A stretch of 64,000 bases of DNA, from assembly GCA_963722305.1 (NCBI GenBank), contig CAVRKE010000002.1:522678-586677 (forward strand), written 5' to 3'. Both the position numbers and the translations under genes were made by a program. Positions 8,176 to 18,016 of the stretch are shown piece after piece (position 1 is the first letter of the stretch; each line of letters begins with the position of its first letter). The notes below the pieces were generated by a model. That model saw nothing but the letters and a program-made list of their open reading frames with translations. It made no database searches and had not been told where the DNA came from. The DNA comes from Candidatus Levyibacteriota bacterium (GTDB lineage: Bacteria > Patescibacteriota > Microgenomatia > Levybacterales > UBA12049).

Positions 8176-9816
8176 CTATACTCCAAACCACCCTCTGACA
8201 GCACCGCCGATTCCAGGGCGCTGTCCTTGGGTAGGAGTTTTCATAAAGCTTCTGGCTGCGCTTTGGGCGCCTCCGCGGACCACCGCTGTGCCTCCGCTAA
8301 CGGCCGTGGCTACTCCGCCCAGACTAATCCCCGGAGCTTTGAGGGCTTTTCGAACAACCACAATTGCTTGCGGAGTGGTAAAAATAATCCCAAGTCCGAT
8401 GATTGCGCCGATGATATTCGGGGTGGCGATTGAGCCAATCAGTGGCGGAACAAACGGATTAGTTTGTGCCGTCCCAAACTTATCCATAAAGACAGCCCCC
8501 AAGAGAAACATCCCAATAGTGACGGGAAATGCGGACAGGTTGGCGACAAGGTCTCTTATCCACGGGCCAAAACCAAGCTGGTTATTGCTGGCCGGAATCA
8601 GGCCCAAGGCAATCCAAAAAGGCGCAAAGACAATGTCGATTAAAATAAAAATGTAAGCGGAAATCAGGGTAATCCACAGCCTAAGGAGCATCACAATAAT
8701 TGCCGCCCCGAGAATTAAGAGAGTTAAACTTTTTGTAATTACCCAGGCAATCTGGGAGGCCAAAACTGCACCGACAACTGCGCCAACTAAGGCGCCAATT
8801 ATGGGACCAATAATCGGGACTGCTTCACCAACGTCAGTAAAAAATCCTGCTACCTTACCGGCAAGCACTGCCCCGACAATGGTCCCTAACATTCCAAAAA
8901 TCGCACTTCCGGCGGGGTTGTTAAAAACTGAGGCAGCCAGGTTTGCGACTGTATCGCTGGTAGTTCCGGCAACTCCCCCCAACCCCCCGACATTGGCCAT
9001 GTTAGTGGCTTGGTTTAAGGCATCAAACGGGTTCAGTGCCGAAGGAACGGCCGTAATAGCGTTTTGTATTGTCGGGTCGGCGGAGCCGATTAAGTTGGTG
9101 ATCAGATAAACCGTTACATACATTAGATCAATTAAAAATCCGGCAATGGCAAAGGACAAAGTGACTAAAATAATGCCGATAATTATTTTGGGTATCTGGT
9201 TTTGGATCGTCATGACGGTGCGGGGGTCAATGCGTACCCGCAGCATAATAGCCACGCCGATGAGTAAGAAAATGGCCACAAATAAAATATAGATGCTGTT
9301 ACGAAAAGCAACCCACAGGCTCATGATCGGTGAGAGTTGATTAAAGCCGTTACCCGGTCCGGCGGCATAGGATTTTTGCCCAAAACCAAAACTTTTTGAG
9401 AGATACGCATAGTATTCGGCCGGCTCAGCCGGAGGGGTATATAAAGAAGCGATGCCAAAAGTCATTAGCCCTATTACTCCGCCCCCGTTTTCGACAAAAC
9501 CAATTCTGCCGGATTTGGGATCAACCCCTAAACACTTTTGTTCCGGATCGGTGGGATTGGAACCAAACATTTGGCAAAGCATGGCGTTGGAGGCTTCAAG
9601 CATCATGCTTTGCGCATAAGTGTTCATGTTTTTGGGAACATCAGGATTAGTATTCGGGGTTAAATATTGATTTGCTTGCGTTTGGACATTACTGGTAGTT
9701 TGAGCATGGGCAACAGGCAGGAAAAGGCAAAAGGCAACCAGGAAAATAAAGATTACCGAGAACAGTCGGACCGCTCTTCGCGTAAAGCTTCGTAACGGCA
9801 AGGCAGTAAGTTGCAT
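8176..9816 (-). CDS. VirB6/TrbL-like polytopic membrane protein (putative)
   Basis: 546 aa. Signal peptide, a ~150-aa extracytoplasmic domain, then ≥6 TM helices and a Gly/Ala-rich C-terminal tail. Shares motifs with ORF 14928..17354 (…WVAFRNSIYILFVAIFLL…LSFAIAGFL… vs …WVAVRNITYAMFVLLILI…FSFAIARFL…). The topology resembles TrbL/VirB6. Confidence 0.4.
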   Translation of the reverse strand: MQLTALPLRSFTRRAVRLFSVIFIFLVAFCLFLPVAHAQTTSNVQTQANQYLTPNTNPDVPKNMNTYAQSMMLEASNAMLCQMFGSNPTDPEQKCLGVDPKSGRIGFVENGGGVIGLMTFGIASLYTPPAEPAEYYAYLSKSFGFGQKSYAAGPGNGFNQLSPIMSLWVAFRNSIYILFVAIFLLIGVAIMLRVRIDPRTVMTIQNQIPKIIIGIILVTLSFAIAGFLIDLMYVTVYLITNLIGSADPTIQNAITAVPSALNPFDALNQATNMANVGGLGGVAGTTSDTVANLAASVFNNPAGSAIFGMLGTIVGAVLAGKVAGFFTDVGEAVPIIGPIIGALVGAVVGAVLASQIAWVITKSLTLLILGAAIIVMLLRLWITLISAYIFILIDIVFAPFWIALGLIPASNNQLGFGPWIRDLVANLSAFPVTIGMFLLGAVFMDKFGTAQTNPFVPPLIGSIATPNIIGAIIGLGIIFTTPQAIVVVRKALKAPGISLGGVATAVSGGTAVVRGGAQSAARSFMKTPTQGQRPGIGGAVRGWFGV

Positions 9817-9922
9817 ATCAATTATTAGTTTGTATTATTTTTTTGCTTTTGTCAACTTCGCTGTTAAATTGTTTACTATGTGTTGTTTTATCAAGTGGAG
9901 CGAGGTTCAAGGCCGTGCGACA

Positions 9923-9952
9923 TACTTAAGCCATTACCTCAAGGCTTAAGTA
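9923..9952. promoter_or_regulatory. 10-bp inverted repeat (tacttaagcc N10 ggcttaagta) in divergent intergenic region
   Basis: Perfect 10-bp arms separated by 10 nt, in the 280-bp AT-rich region between divergently transcribed genes 8176..9816 (-) and 10098..11504 (+). Confidence 0.3.
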
Positions 9953-10097
9953 CAATAAGATTAAAAATATGTAATATTCTTGTAATGTTTATGTCAAGCT
10001 AATTATTGAAACTCAGGCTACAATACTGCCTGTAAAAAAGAGAGATTGGTTTGACAAATTATTTAAAACTAATCTAGACTGGAAAGAGAGGATATTT

Positions 10098-11504
10098 ATG
10101 GAAGGAGCAATAGCAGCAGTACCAGCAGAAGTAGTAGCAGGAGTAGCAGTGAGCGCAGCGGTGCCGGTAGCAGCAGCAGGGGCAGAAGCAGCTGTTTCTG
10201 GTGTTGCGGCAGCAGCAGCGCCAGTGGTGGAAGCAGCGGTGGAAGGTGCTTCTAGCGCTGCGGCAAGTACAGCGGAGGCAGCTGCGGGTGTGACATCAGG
10301 CATTGCTGATGCGGCAGCCGGAGCAACCTCTGAGTTGCCCTTGGTCGGGGCATCTTTGACAGGAGAAGCAACCGTACCATTATTGAAAACGACAACCACA
10401 GCTGCCACAGACACTGCAGGTGCAGCAGCTGAAGTCTCTCCAGCTCTTGCAGGGCCTGCTGCAGATTTCATTCCTGCGCCAGCCGAACCGGCGACAACCG
10501 CCGAAGGCCTTGCGGCAAGAGTAGCCGATGTTAGAGACATGGTCAAAGATAGAGAAGGAGGAGACGGTAATGGTGGATCGGCTGACGCTGCTGCACTCGA
10601 GACAACAATAGATCAATCGGTTGGAGAGCAAGAAGCAACAGGAGTTGCACCGGTCCCTGAAAATGGCGGAGCAGCCCAAAACGCTCATCTTGCAGAAGCG
10701 CAAACCGCTGAAGCCAGAACGCAAAGAACGCAAGAATTAACAGAGAGCGTAAGAAATGGAACCGCGACAGATGCGGATCGCGCCGAATTGAATAAATTAA
10801 ATCAAGAAACAGCCTGGGCGGAAGAACACCGAATGTTAAAAGAGAGAATTTTAAAAGGAGAACCATTGTCAGATAAGGAACTGGCAAGGTTAAACAGCTA
10901 TGAAAAGAACGGAACTCCTGGAGAGGAAACTCCAGCGTCACAGGTGGAAGCAGTAGCTACGGAACCAGCTGCAGCGGAAGCCAAAGCGGGTGACGCAGCT
11001 CATGCCCAACCACAACCAATAGAAGGAGAAATACCGGGGAGACCAAGCCTTAGAACTAGGTGGACTAGTGAATTCAGACGAGCAAAGAGAGACTTGGAGG
11101 CAAAAGCCATAGCCAACGGTGTAAACATCAAAGATCCAAAAGTAAAACAACAGATAGAAAATGATGCTGCTCAACAGCGTTATGAGGCTGTTGTCGGAAC
11201 AACCCCGTTAACAGACGAAATTGCAAAAGATCAAGTTTATAAAAAAGCTTTCGGTAAACGATTAGATGATGCCAGAGTAGCACTAAAGCCGGGGGAGAAA
11301 ATTGACCTCGAAGCAATTCAAAGAGATGCTATAGCGGATTATTTGGAGCATTGGGATAAAGCAGCAGTTACGGAAAAAGTCAAAAGGTGGGTAAAAAGAC
11401 ATGGGAAAAGTTTGCTTATGTTATTAGCAGCGGTGGTTTTTGGGGGTGCAATTGAAACAGGAAAACAAGGAACCGAGCCTGCGCGCAATCCAGGTAGAGC
11501 ATAG
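10098..11504 (+). CDS. Ala-rich hypothetical protein with C-terminal TM anchor
   Basis: 468 aa. The N-terminal ~100 aa are almost entirely A/V/G/E/S. The middle is charged/coiled-coil-like. The C-terminus …SLLMLLAAVVFGGAIETG is hydrophobic. Antisense ORFs (10013..10546, 10380..10733, etc.) are artefacts of GCN-rich codon periodicity. Confidence 0.4.
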   Translation: MEGAIAAVPAEVVAGVAVSAAVPVAAAGAEAAVSGVAAAAAPVVEAAVEGASSAAASTAEAAAGVTSGIADAAAGATSELPLVGASLTGEATVPLLKTTTTAATDTAGAAAEVSPALAGPAADFIPAPAEPATTAEGLAARVADVRDMVKDREGGDGNGGSADAAALETTIDQSVGEQEATGVAPVPENGGAAQNAHLAEAQTAEARTQRTQELTESVRNGTATDADRAELNKLNQETAWAEEHRMLKERILKGEPLSDKELARLNSYEKNGTPGEETPASQVEAVATEPAAAEAKAGDAAHAQPQPIEGEIPGRPSLRTRWTSEFRRAKRDLEAKAIANGVNIKDPKVKQQIENDAAQQRYEAVVGTTPLTDEIAKDQVYKKAFGKRLDDARVALKPGEKIDLEAIQRDAIADYLEHWDKAAVTEKVKRWVKRHGKSLLMLLAAVVFGGAIETGKQGTEPARNPGRA

Positions 11505-11550
11505 TGTGGCGAGGAGATGGAATAAAAAACTCACTCCTTATTTTTGACTT

Positions 11551-12396
11551 TTGCTTTTACTCAGTCTATGCTTAGATTGTATGGAAAATAGGGAGAAAGG
11601 ATACGTTACCTTACTGCTTATAATCCTGATTGCCTTTGGTTTTTTATTAAGCGGCGGGTTAATGCCCCTGCTGCAACAGGCAATCACCAGTACAGACCGC
11701 TATCAGTTGGTAGACCGGCCAACCTTTACGCCTCATAATACGCTGCAGTTTTCGACTCTTAGCTTTGTCTATAACGCCCCTCCGGTGGTTTGTAACCCGG
11801 GGTCGAATTTTGGAGACGAACCAGGCATTCTCTATGCTTTTATGCCGGGGTCCAGCCAGTCCCTGACACCCGGCGGGCAAATAAAAGTCTGGTATACCGA
11901 TGAACACGCCTTGACCTTAGGGAAAAATCCGGGGGTGTCTCCTGTGCCGGACACTCACGTCTTGAGTAATCCTGGGGTTGGAGATACAACAGCCAGAGAC
12001 AGCAGTAACCTTCTTTATTATCCGGGTTTGTATATTACCGATATTACCAATGATGCGTCAAGTACAGCCGGGGATGCGCAAAACGGCGGAACAGGTATTC
12101 CGCCATCAATGGTCTACGGCTACTGGAAAGCGTTGGGGGACAGCGATCCTAATTGTGGCGGTGGCGACTGTAATTTACCAGCGGGGGCAGACCAATTCTC
12201 TTCCATTCCCAGCGCAGACCTTAACACTAACACTGGAAGCAGGGGAACGGAAACCGGTTTTCAGGCGGAAATAATCTGGAATGTTGACAGTTTAGGGCTT
12301 ACCCCGGGACACCAATACAGGGCACAGTTTGTGATTCATGATGGGGACAGAGACGGAGATATCGGCCTCGGCTGCGTTTGTCCAATCAACTTCTAA
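11551..12396 (+). CDS. Hypothetical exported protein (N-terminal hydrophobic segment; alternative start at 11581)
   Basis: 281 aa. MENREKGYVTLLLIILIAFGFLLSGG is hydrophobic with a pilin-like flavour but lacks the conserved Glu5. The remainder is a Gly/Asp/Asn-rich soluble domain ending …GDRDGDIGLGCVCP. Confidence 0.35.
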   Translation: MLLLSLCLDCMENREKGYVTLLLIILIAFGFLLSGGLMPLLQQAITSTDRYQLVDRPTFTPHNTLQFSTLSFVYNAPPVVCNPGSNFGDEPGILYAFMPGSSQSLTPGGQIKVWYTDEHALTLGKNPGVSPVPDTHVLSNPGVGDTTARDSSNLLYYPGLYITDITNDASSTAGDAQNGGTGIPPSMVYGYWKALGDSDPNCGGGDCNLPAGADQFSSIPSADLNTNTGSRGTETGFQAEIIWNVDSLGLTPGHQYRAQFVIHDGDRDGDIGLGCVCPINF

Positions 12397-12408
12397 AACA
12401 GCTTTCCA

Positions 12409-14775
12409 CTATTTGGCTGCAGCAATACTGATTGGAGATGGAATATTTGAGGATGGTTGAGCGGTTGACGTGGCAGGCGGTACAGACGGAGTCGGTTGGA
12501 TAACTCCGACTGTTTGACCATTCTGTTGAGCGGTTGTCGTTGGAACAGATTGCGGTGTGGCTAATTTTTGAAAAGTATACACTTCTTTTGTTTGGTCGAA
12601 ACCCACCACAATCGTCTCTCCGGCAACAAACTGCTTCTGTATCAGTAGTGTGGCGATCGGGTTTTCAATCACGGACTGAATAAGTCTTCGCAAGGGGCGT
12701 GCCCCATATATCGGGTCATAACCTTCCTTCGCCAGCTGCTCAAGCGCCTTCGGGTCAATAGTGAACATTACTTGTTGGTCAATCAAAAGCTTGGCGGTTT
12801 TTTGTAACTGGAGTTTGGCAATTTCCAGCATATGTTTTTGCCCGAGAGGATCAAACATAATCACATCGTCAAACCTGTTTAAGAGTTCGGGTTTGAAAAA
12901 TTTATGCAGTTCGTTTTCAACCAACGCTTTGACTTTTTTCAACTCCTCAGAAGAAACTTCATTTTTATTTTGCAATTCTTGTTGAATAAGGCTGCTGCCG
13001 ATGTTTGAGGTAGCGACGATAATCGTATTTTTAAAAGAAATCACATTACCTTTATTATCGGTTAGCCTTCCGTCTTCCAAAATTTGCAGTAAAATGTTAA
13101 AAACGTCCGCATGGGCTTTTTCCACTTCATCAAAAAGCACCACCGAATACGGTTTAATTCTGACCGCCTCGGTTAGTTGACCTCCTTCTTCATAGCCGAC
13201 ATATCCGGGAGGCGCACCAATCAGCTTAGCCACTTCGTGTTTTTCCATATATTCGCTCATGTCAAGTCGTATCATTGCCTCTTCTTTGCCAAAGAGAACT
13301 TCCGCCAGCGTTTTGGCAAGTTCGGTCTTTCCAACGCCGGTGGGACCTAAGAAGATAAATGAGGCAATCGGTCTAGTTACATTTGTCAAACCGATTCTGC
13401 CGCGGCGTACCGCCTCAGCAATGGCTTTGACGGCAACCTCTTGATTAATCAGGCGCTTATGAATTAAATCTTCCAGATGCAGTAATTTCTCGCTTTCGTC
13501 TTCGTTAAGTTTGGTAATCGGGATATTAGTCCATTTGCTAATCACCAACTCGATGTCTTGGCGGGTCACCTGGTTGGAGGTGCGCTTTCCGGACTCCGTA
13601 GAAAGCCGTACGTCTGCCGCTGCTTCATCCAGTACGTCAACCGCTTTGTCGGGCAGGTAACGGTCGCCTATATATCGTTTGGAAAGTTTTACCGCCGCCT
13701 CAATTGTCTCATCGGTGAAGACAACTTTATGAAACTCTTCGTACTTTGATTTTAGAACATTAATCATTTTTACCGCGCTTTCTTCCGGCGGTTCTTCGAC
13801 CAATACAGTCTGGAATCTTCGCTCAAAGGCCTTATCCTTTTCAATATATCTTCGGTATTCGCTAATGGTCGTACTGCCGATAATCTGCAGTTGTCCGCGC
13901 GCAATAAAAGGTTTAATAATGTTTGAGGCGTCCAACGAGCCCTCTGTTTGGCCGGCACCGATGAGCGTCTGAATTTCGTCAACAAAGAGGATGATTTTCC
14001 CTTCGGAGAGTTGCACTTCTTTGATTACCTTTCTTAATCTTTCTTCGAATTCCCCCCGGTGAGATGCCCCCGCCACCAGCGAGGCGATATCTATTTGGAT
14101 AATCCGTTTACCGATCAGTTCATGTGGGACTTTACCCTCAATAATCAGCTGAGCCAACCCTTCAACAATGGCGGTTTTTCCAACACCGGCGTTTCCGATT
14201 ATCACCGGATTATTTTTTATTCTGCGTAAAAGTATGTGTATGGTCCGGTCGATTTCATTAGTTCTTTCGGCTACCGGGTCAAGCTTGCCTTCTTCGGCTA
14301 ACTTGGTGATGTCTGTTCCGAATTCAAGCAGCACGGATTTATTACCAAAGTTATATTTGGTGGAGTTTGCCAACTTTTCCTGAACTTTTTCTTTTTGTAT
14401 TCCTTCTGTTGCCAGGATAGCGGACGCGTTAATGTCGGCCGACATAACAGCCATCAAGATATCTTCCGGCATCACAAAATCCATTTTCCTGTCTTTGGCC
14501 AAAATAAAGGCTTGTTCTAAAAGTCTCTTGGTGTCCTCACCAAGGCTTGGTTGGCCATCATATGTTCCAACTTGTTCCTTCGACTGAATTTCTCTGGCAA
14601 TATCCCCGGCTTTTAGCGAGAATTGTTCAATTAATTGAAAAATTTCCTGATCGTATAAAAGGCCTAAAAGCAGTTGTTCCGGTTGAATTGTCGGTTGTTT
14701 CATGCGTATGCTTTCTTTCTCCGCGGCCGCCAATATCTGAAGTGAGCGCTGGTCCAAATGCGTTAAGACGGTCAT
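12409..14775 (-). CDS. clpC: ClpC/ClpB-family AAA+ chaperone ATPase (two Clp_N repeats, two AAA+ modules)
   Basis: Two Walker A motifs ([15 protein letters not shown] and [15 protein letters not shown]). Clp_N repeats ([16 protein letters not shown]…; …[15 protein letters not shown]…). The ORF track extends to 14931 (840 aa), but the Clp_N domain starts at the internal Met (MTVLTHLDQ…), giving ~789 aa. Confidence 0.7.
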   Translation of the reverse strand: MTVLTHLDQRSLQILAAAEKESIRMKQPTIQPEQLLLGLLYDQEIFQLIEQFSLKAGDIAREIQSKEQVGTYDGQPSLGEDTKRLLEQAFILAKDRKMDFVMPEDILMAVMSADINASAILATEGIQKEKVQEKLANSTKYNFGNKSVLLEFGTDITKLAEEGKLDPVAERTNEIDRTIHILLRRIKNNPVIIGNAGVGKTAIVEGLAQLIIEGKVPHELIGKRIIQIDIASLVAGASHRGEFEERLRKVIKEVQLSEGKIILFVDEIQTLIGAGQTEGSLDASNIIKPFIARGQLQIIGSTTISEYRRYIEKDKAFERRFQTVLVEEPPEESAVKMINVLKSKYEEFHKVVFTDETIEAAVKLSKRYIGDRYLPDKAVDVLDEAAADVRLSTESGKRTSNQVTRQDIELVISKWTNIPITKLNEDESEKLLHLEDLIHKRLINQEVAVKAIAEAVRRGRIGLTNVTRPIASFIFLGPTGVGKTELAKTLAEVLFGKEEAMIRLDMSEYMEKHEVAKLIGAPPGYVGYEEGGQLTEAVRIKPYSVVLFDEVEKAHADVFNILLQILEDGRLTDNKGNVISFKNTIIVATSNIGSSLIQQELQNKNEVSSEELKKVKALVENELHKFFKPELLNRFDDVIMFDPLGQKHMLEIAKLQLQKTAKLLIDQQVMFTIDPKALEQLAKEGYDPIYGARPLRRLIQSVIENPIATLLIQKQFVAGETIVVGFDQTKEVYTFQKLATPQSVPTTTAQQNGQTVGVIQPTPSVPPATSTAQPSSNIPSPISIAAAK

Positions 14776-14927
14776 GTCCTCTTTGGTAGTAGGGGAAACA
14801 ACGGCAGTAGCTGCCGGAATAGTTGGAGCTTGGACGGAAACATTATCCGTTTGCTGGTTAACCGGTTCTGTTTGTGAAAAAAGATTATCTAACATAATTA
14901 TATTATGCGCAGAAATTGTCAAAGCCG

Positions 14928-17354
14928 TCAATTAATTTTGGTTTTATCATTCTCATCAGCTTCAACCTCTTCGCTTAGTTCCTTGGCCTGTGCTTTTTTT
15001 GCCCCCTTTTCAACCAAAGTTTCTTCACTTTCTTCTTTCTTTGCCAATTCCTGCAGGGCCGATTTTCCCGCCGCAAGCTTGGCCTTAAGATAAGCAATAA
15101 CTTCTGTCTGCGAAAAGCCCCCGATTAAAAGGAAGGGAAGAATGTTGGAGACCGAAGAAAGGCCTTCCCGAACTTTGACCGGATCGGGCGAAGAGAGTAA
15201 AGTAATTGCTTCCGAAACGGTAGTTCCGTCATCTTCAATCCAGGATTTCCTGTCGGGATATTTATCGGGAGGGATATCAATTTGCAAATAATTTTCCAGC
15301 CATAAATCCTTTACGGCTTCATAGTCATCAAAGCCCACTGTTTGTATTTGGTTAACGGTAGGAAGACTAACAGTAGGAGTTACCTGCGGTGCGCCCGAAG
15401 CGGTTGCTTCTGCGGTTTTTGCCGCTTCCGGCTTTTTAACGGTATTTGCGGCAGAAAGAATAGATTTTGCCAAGACATCTCCTTTGGTTGTTTCGTCGGT
15501 AAGTTTTTCACGCAAGTTTGTGTAATATTGTTTTTCGGCAGAGGTAGTATTTACCTGCGGGTTGGCAATTTTCGCAAGAGCCTCCGTTGTTTGTTGTAAC
15601 TGTTGAGTTCCCTCCTGAGTGCGTTTTAACCTGGCACTTTCAAACTTGACAATATCACGCATGGTCGGTATAGGGAAGCTGATTAAAGTTGTTGTCGGCC
15701 TGGTCAAAATTTCGGGTTTAAATCTGGCGATCATTTCTGTTCGGTTGGTGGTCATTTTAGTCTGGCGGTTGTTTACGGTTGAAGTAGAGATATTATTTTG
15801 TTGAATCTGATTAACTGTTTGGTTTTGTGTTTGGTTTTGTTGGGTCGTACTGGCAAATTGCGTATGCGACGTTTGTCCAGCCTGTTGCCCGGTTTCTTGT
15901 TGCGTTGGAATGTTTATTGTCGCCCGTCTTAGATTAAGCTCTTTTTGTATTACGCTTTGCTGTTTTTGTTGAATCTGATTAACTGTTTGGTTTTGTGTTT
16001 GGTTTTGTTGGGTCGTACTGGCAAATTGCGTATGCGACGTTTGCCCAGCCTGTTGCCCGGTTTCTTGTTGCGTTGGAATGTTTATTGTCGCCCGTCTTAG
16101 ATTAAGCTCTTTTTGTATTACGCTTTGCTGTTTCGGTATCTTAAGAGCTTCTCCGGCTGGGAATTGTCCAACCGGAAGAGGACCAGGTGATTGGGGTTTT
16201 TTTAAGAATGCCAAACCATTATTGATAAGGTTATTTTGAATGTTATTTATATATGGAGGCGCGTGGTTTTTCCCGAAATCGTAATTTGAGAGAAACTCCA
16301 AGAGTATTTGCAAGAGAATAAAAGGCATAAGAATTGCTACCCATAACATCAGTAAAGCAACGATAAATTGCGTAAATGTTTCATTGTTGTTAAGACTGTT
16401 GGTAAGGCTTAGTGTCTGACCGGGTCCTCCTACTAGAATGCTGATGGCGGTCGGATAAGTAAGTCCGACCGGGTTTGCAAAATTAAAAGGCAGGACAAGA
16501 ATATTGCTTTTCCAAATAATAACGATTGCCGATAAAAACAAGGAAAAAAGCGGAGCATATAATAACCACCTCAAAAACTCATTCCTGATTATTTTCACTG
16601 TACTTCTGGTCGGGAAATAGAAGATGATAATCGGCAAAAGCGGAGAGGCAACGAGAAAAAACCACAAAATAATTTTTCTAACCATGAGAATAAAACCGAT
16701 AACATAAAAAGTCACCGAACTCAGCTTGATAAGAAGAAGAGAAATAAATGCGGGCTCGTCGAAAGTTGCCCCAAATCTCCTAAAGCCGGAAAAGTTCTCA
16801 TAGGAAAAGCCGATGTTGACGACATCTTTAGCGGTAATAACACCGTTACCGGATACATTAAAGAAAAATGCCTGAAAGATGTCTGCTATTTGATATAAAA
16901 ATCTGGCAATAGCAAAAGAAAAGGTAGCAAGTAGTAATACAATAATAAATTTTTTGACAAAAACAAGAACTCCTACATTACTGCCGCCGCTTATTATAAT
17001 TAAAAAAGCGGCAATTAGAATAAGCAAAACGAACATTGCATAGGTGATATTTCTAACCGCAACCCAGACATTTATTAGCGGAGCATCCAGGTAATCCCAT
17101 TTATAATTAGTAAGCATCCAATCCATAAAATTTGCCGATCTAGATGCTGTTTCTCCTAAGAAAGTTACCGTTGGATCCTGGACCCAATCTCCGGAAGCAA
17201 GGGGAGCTACCATTGGAGTCGGCGTTGGAGTCGGAACAGCCTGAGCAAAGGCAGTCGGAGCGGACAAAGTAAAGAAGGAAAGCAAAGACCGTTCTTTATA
17301 AAAGGGGAGAATAAAAAGTAGTCCTAGGATACCGATAAAAAAAATACGTTTCAT
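14928..17354 (-). CDS. VirB6/TrbL-like polytopic membrane protein paralog with Gln/Thr/Asn-rich tandem-repeat tail
   Basis: 808 aa. Signal peptide, PTPTPTP linker, extracytoplasmic domain, ≥6 TM helices sharing motifs with ORF 8176..9816, then a long hydrophilic tail containing two near-identical 56-aa repeats (KQQSVIQKELNLRRATINIPTQQETGQQAGQTSHTQFASTTQQNQTQNQTVNQIQQ). Confidence 0.4.
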   Translation of the reverse strand: MKRIFFIGILGLLFILPFYKERSLLSFFTLSAPTAFAQAVPTPTPTPMVAPLASGDWVQDPTVTFLGETASRSANFMDWMLTNYKWDYLDAPLINVWVAVRNITYAMFVLLILIAAFLIIISGGSNVGVLVFVKKFIIVLLLATFSFAIARFLYQIADIFQAFFFNVSGNGVITAKDVVNIGFSYENFSGFRRFGATFDEPAFISLLLIKLSSVTFYVIGFILMVRKIILWFFLVASPLLPIIIFYFPTRSTVKIIRNEFLRWLLYAPLFSLFLSAIVIIWKSNILVLPFNFANPVGLTYPTAISILVGGPGQTLSLTNSLNNNETFTQFIVALLMLWVAILMPFILLQILLEFLSNYDFGKNHAPPYINNIQNNLINNGLAFLKKPQSPGPLPVGQFPAGEALKIPKQQSVIQKELNLRRATINIPTQQETGQQAGQTSHTQFASTTQQNQTQNQTVNQIQQKQQSVIQKELNLRRATINIPTQQETGQQAGQTSHTQFASTTQQNQTQNQTVNQIQQNNISTSTVNNRQTKMTTNRTEMIARFKPEILTRPTTTLISFPIPTMRDIVKFESARLKRTQEGTQQLQQTTEALAKIANPQVNTTSAEKQYYTNLREKLTDETTKGDVLAKSILSAANTVKKPEAAKTAEATASGAPQVTPTVSLPTVNQIQTVGFDDYEAVKDLWLENYLQIDIPPDKYPDRKSWIEDDGTTVSEAITLLSSPDPVKVREGLSSVSNILPFLLIGGFSQTEVIAYLKAKLAAGKSALQELAKKEESEETLVEKGAKKAQAKELSEEVEADENDKTKIN
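15795..16135. repeat. Two-copy ~168-bp near-perfect in-frame tandem duplication inside CDS 14928..17354
   Basis: The sequence ttgttgaatctgattaactgtttggttttgtgtttggttttgttgggtcgtactggcaaattgcgtatgcgacgtttg… is repeated head-to-tail (copies begin near 15798 and 15967), with a single visible mismatch (gtttgtcc vs gtttgccc). Confidence 0.8.
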
Positions 17355-17358
17355 TCCA

Positions 17359-17763
17359 TTAAGGGCTAAAGCCTGGAATTTTTAAAACATTAACCGTGAT
17401 AACTTGAATAAAAACCAAGGCAAAAACTGCTAATAAAAGACCGGCGATAGATGAATATAGATATCTTTTTCCTTTCCTAACCTGCATGGGGTTTCCTTGA
17501 GAGGTCATCAGGATGTAACCTGCGTAAATAATACCAAGCACAGCAACGCCTCCTATGAGTGACAGCCCAATACCATAAAATTTTTCGACAAATCCAACCG
17601 GGTCATTGGGAATACATCCAAAATCGGTAAGTGTCTCATTGACTAGGCAGTCCATGCTATGTTTAGCGTAGCACATTTTTGTCAATGGTTCTAGATAGCA
17701 CGAAGTTTCTAAAGTGGAGAAATTTAAATAAGTTAGTACATAGGGCGGGATTTGGGCGGGCAA
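17359..17763 (-). CDS. VirB2/TrbC-like pilin paralog
   Basis: 134 aa. The C-terminal half (…GIGLSLIGGVAVLGIIYAGYILMTSQGNPMQVRKGKRYLYSSIAGLLLAVFALVFIQVITVNVLKIPGFSP) is alignable to the C-terminus of 843..2318 (…ISGYRMMVSQGNPENIKNARDQLTAAIIGLL…NILQLPGFAQ). Confidence 0.5.
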   Translation of the reverse strand: MPAQIPPYVLTYLNFSTLETSCYLEPLTKMCYAKHSMDCLVNETLTDFGCIPNDPVGFVEKFYGIGLSLIGGVAVLGIIYAGYILMTSQGNPMQVRKGKRYLYSSIAGLLLAVFALVFIQVITVNVLKIPGFSP

Positions 17764-17962
17764 GATGGGATGATTTTCGAACTACTCATTGGTTAGAGAT
17801 TATAAACTATCCGGAAATTACACTACAACAAACGCAGCAGTTACTTAATTTCGTAGTTTAATTATACCCCACCATGCTTTACGCTATAATTTGAGGTTAC
17901 GTAGTTCCCCCTGATGTTGAGCTTCAGCGAAATCCTGAGCTTTGCGAATGGAGACGACGTTA

Positions 17963-17997
17963 GAGACCAGGAATCTTTTGTCAAGACCCCTGGTCTC
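17963..17997. other. 9-bp-stem hairpin (gagaccagg N17 cctggtctc) just downstream of IS110 transposase stop
   Basis: Perfect inverted repeat directly read. Lies 20 bp beyond the transposase stop on the minus strand. Could be a terminator or an IS-end structure. Confidence 0.35.
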
Positions 17998-18016
17998 AAA
18001 GTGTTACCGATGTATC

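Noticed and set aside
10013-11316. Several minus-strand ORFs (177, 117, 132, 78, 62 aa) antisense to the Ala-rich gene 10098..11504
   Set aside because: Same GC-rich codon-periodicity artefact. No start context or motifs. The + ORF is far longer.
11581-11660. Type IV prepilin-like N-terminus (KGYVTLLLIILIAFGF) on ORF 11551..12396
   Set aside because: It lacks the conserved Glu at +5 and a clear G/F cleavage motif, so it is more likely a generic signal anchor. Noted only in the feature evidence.
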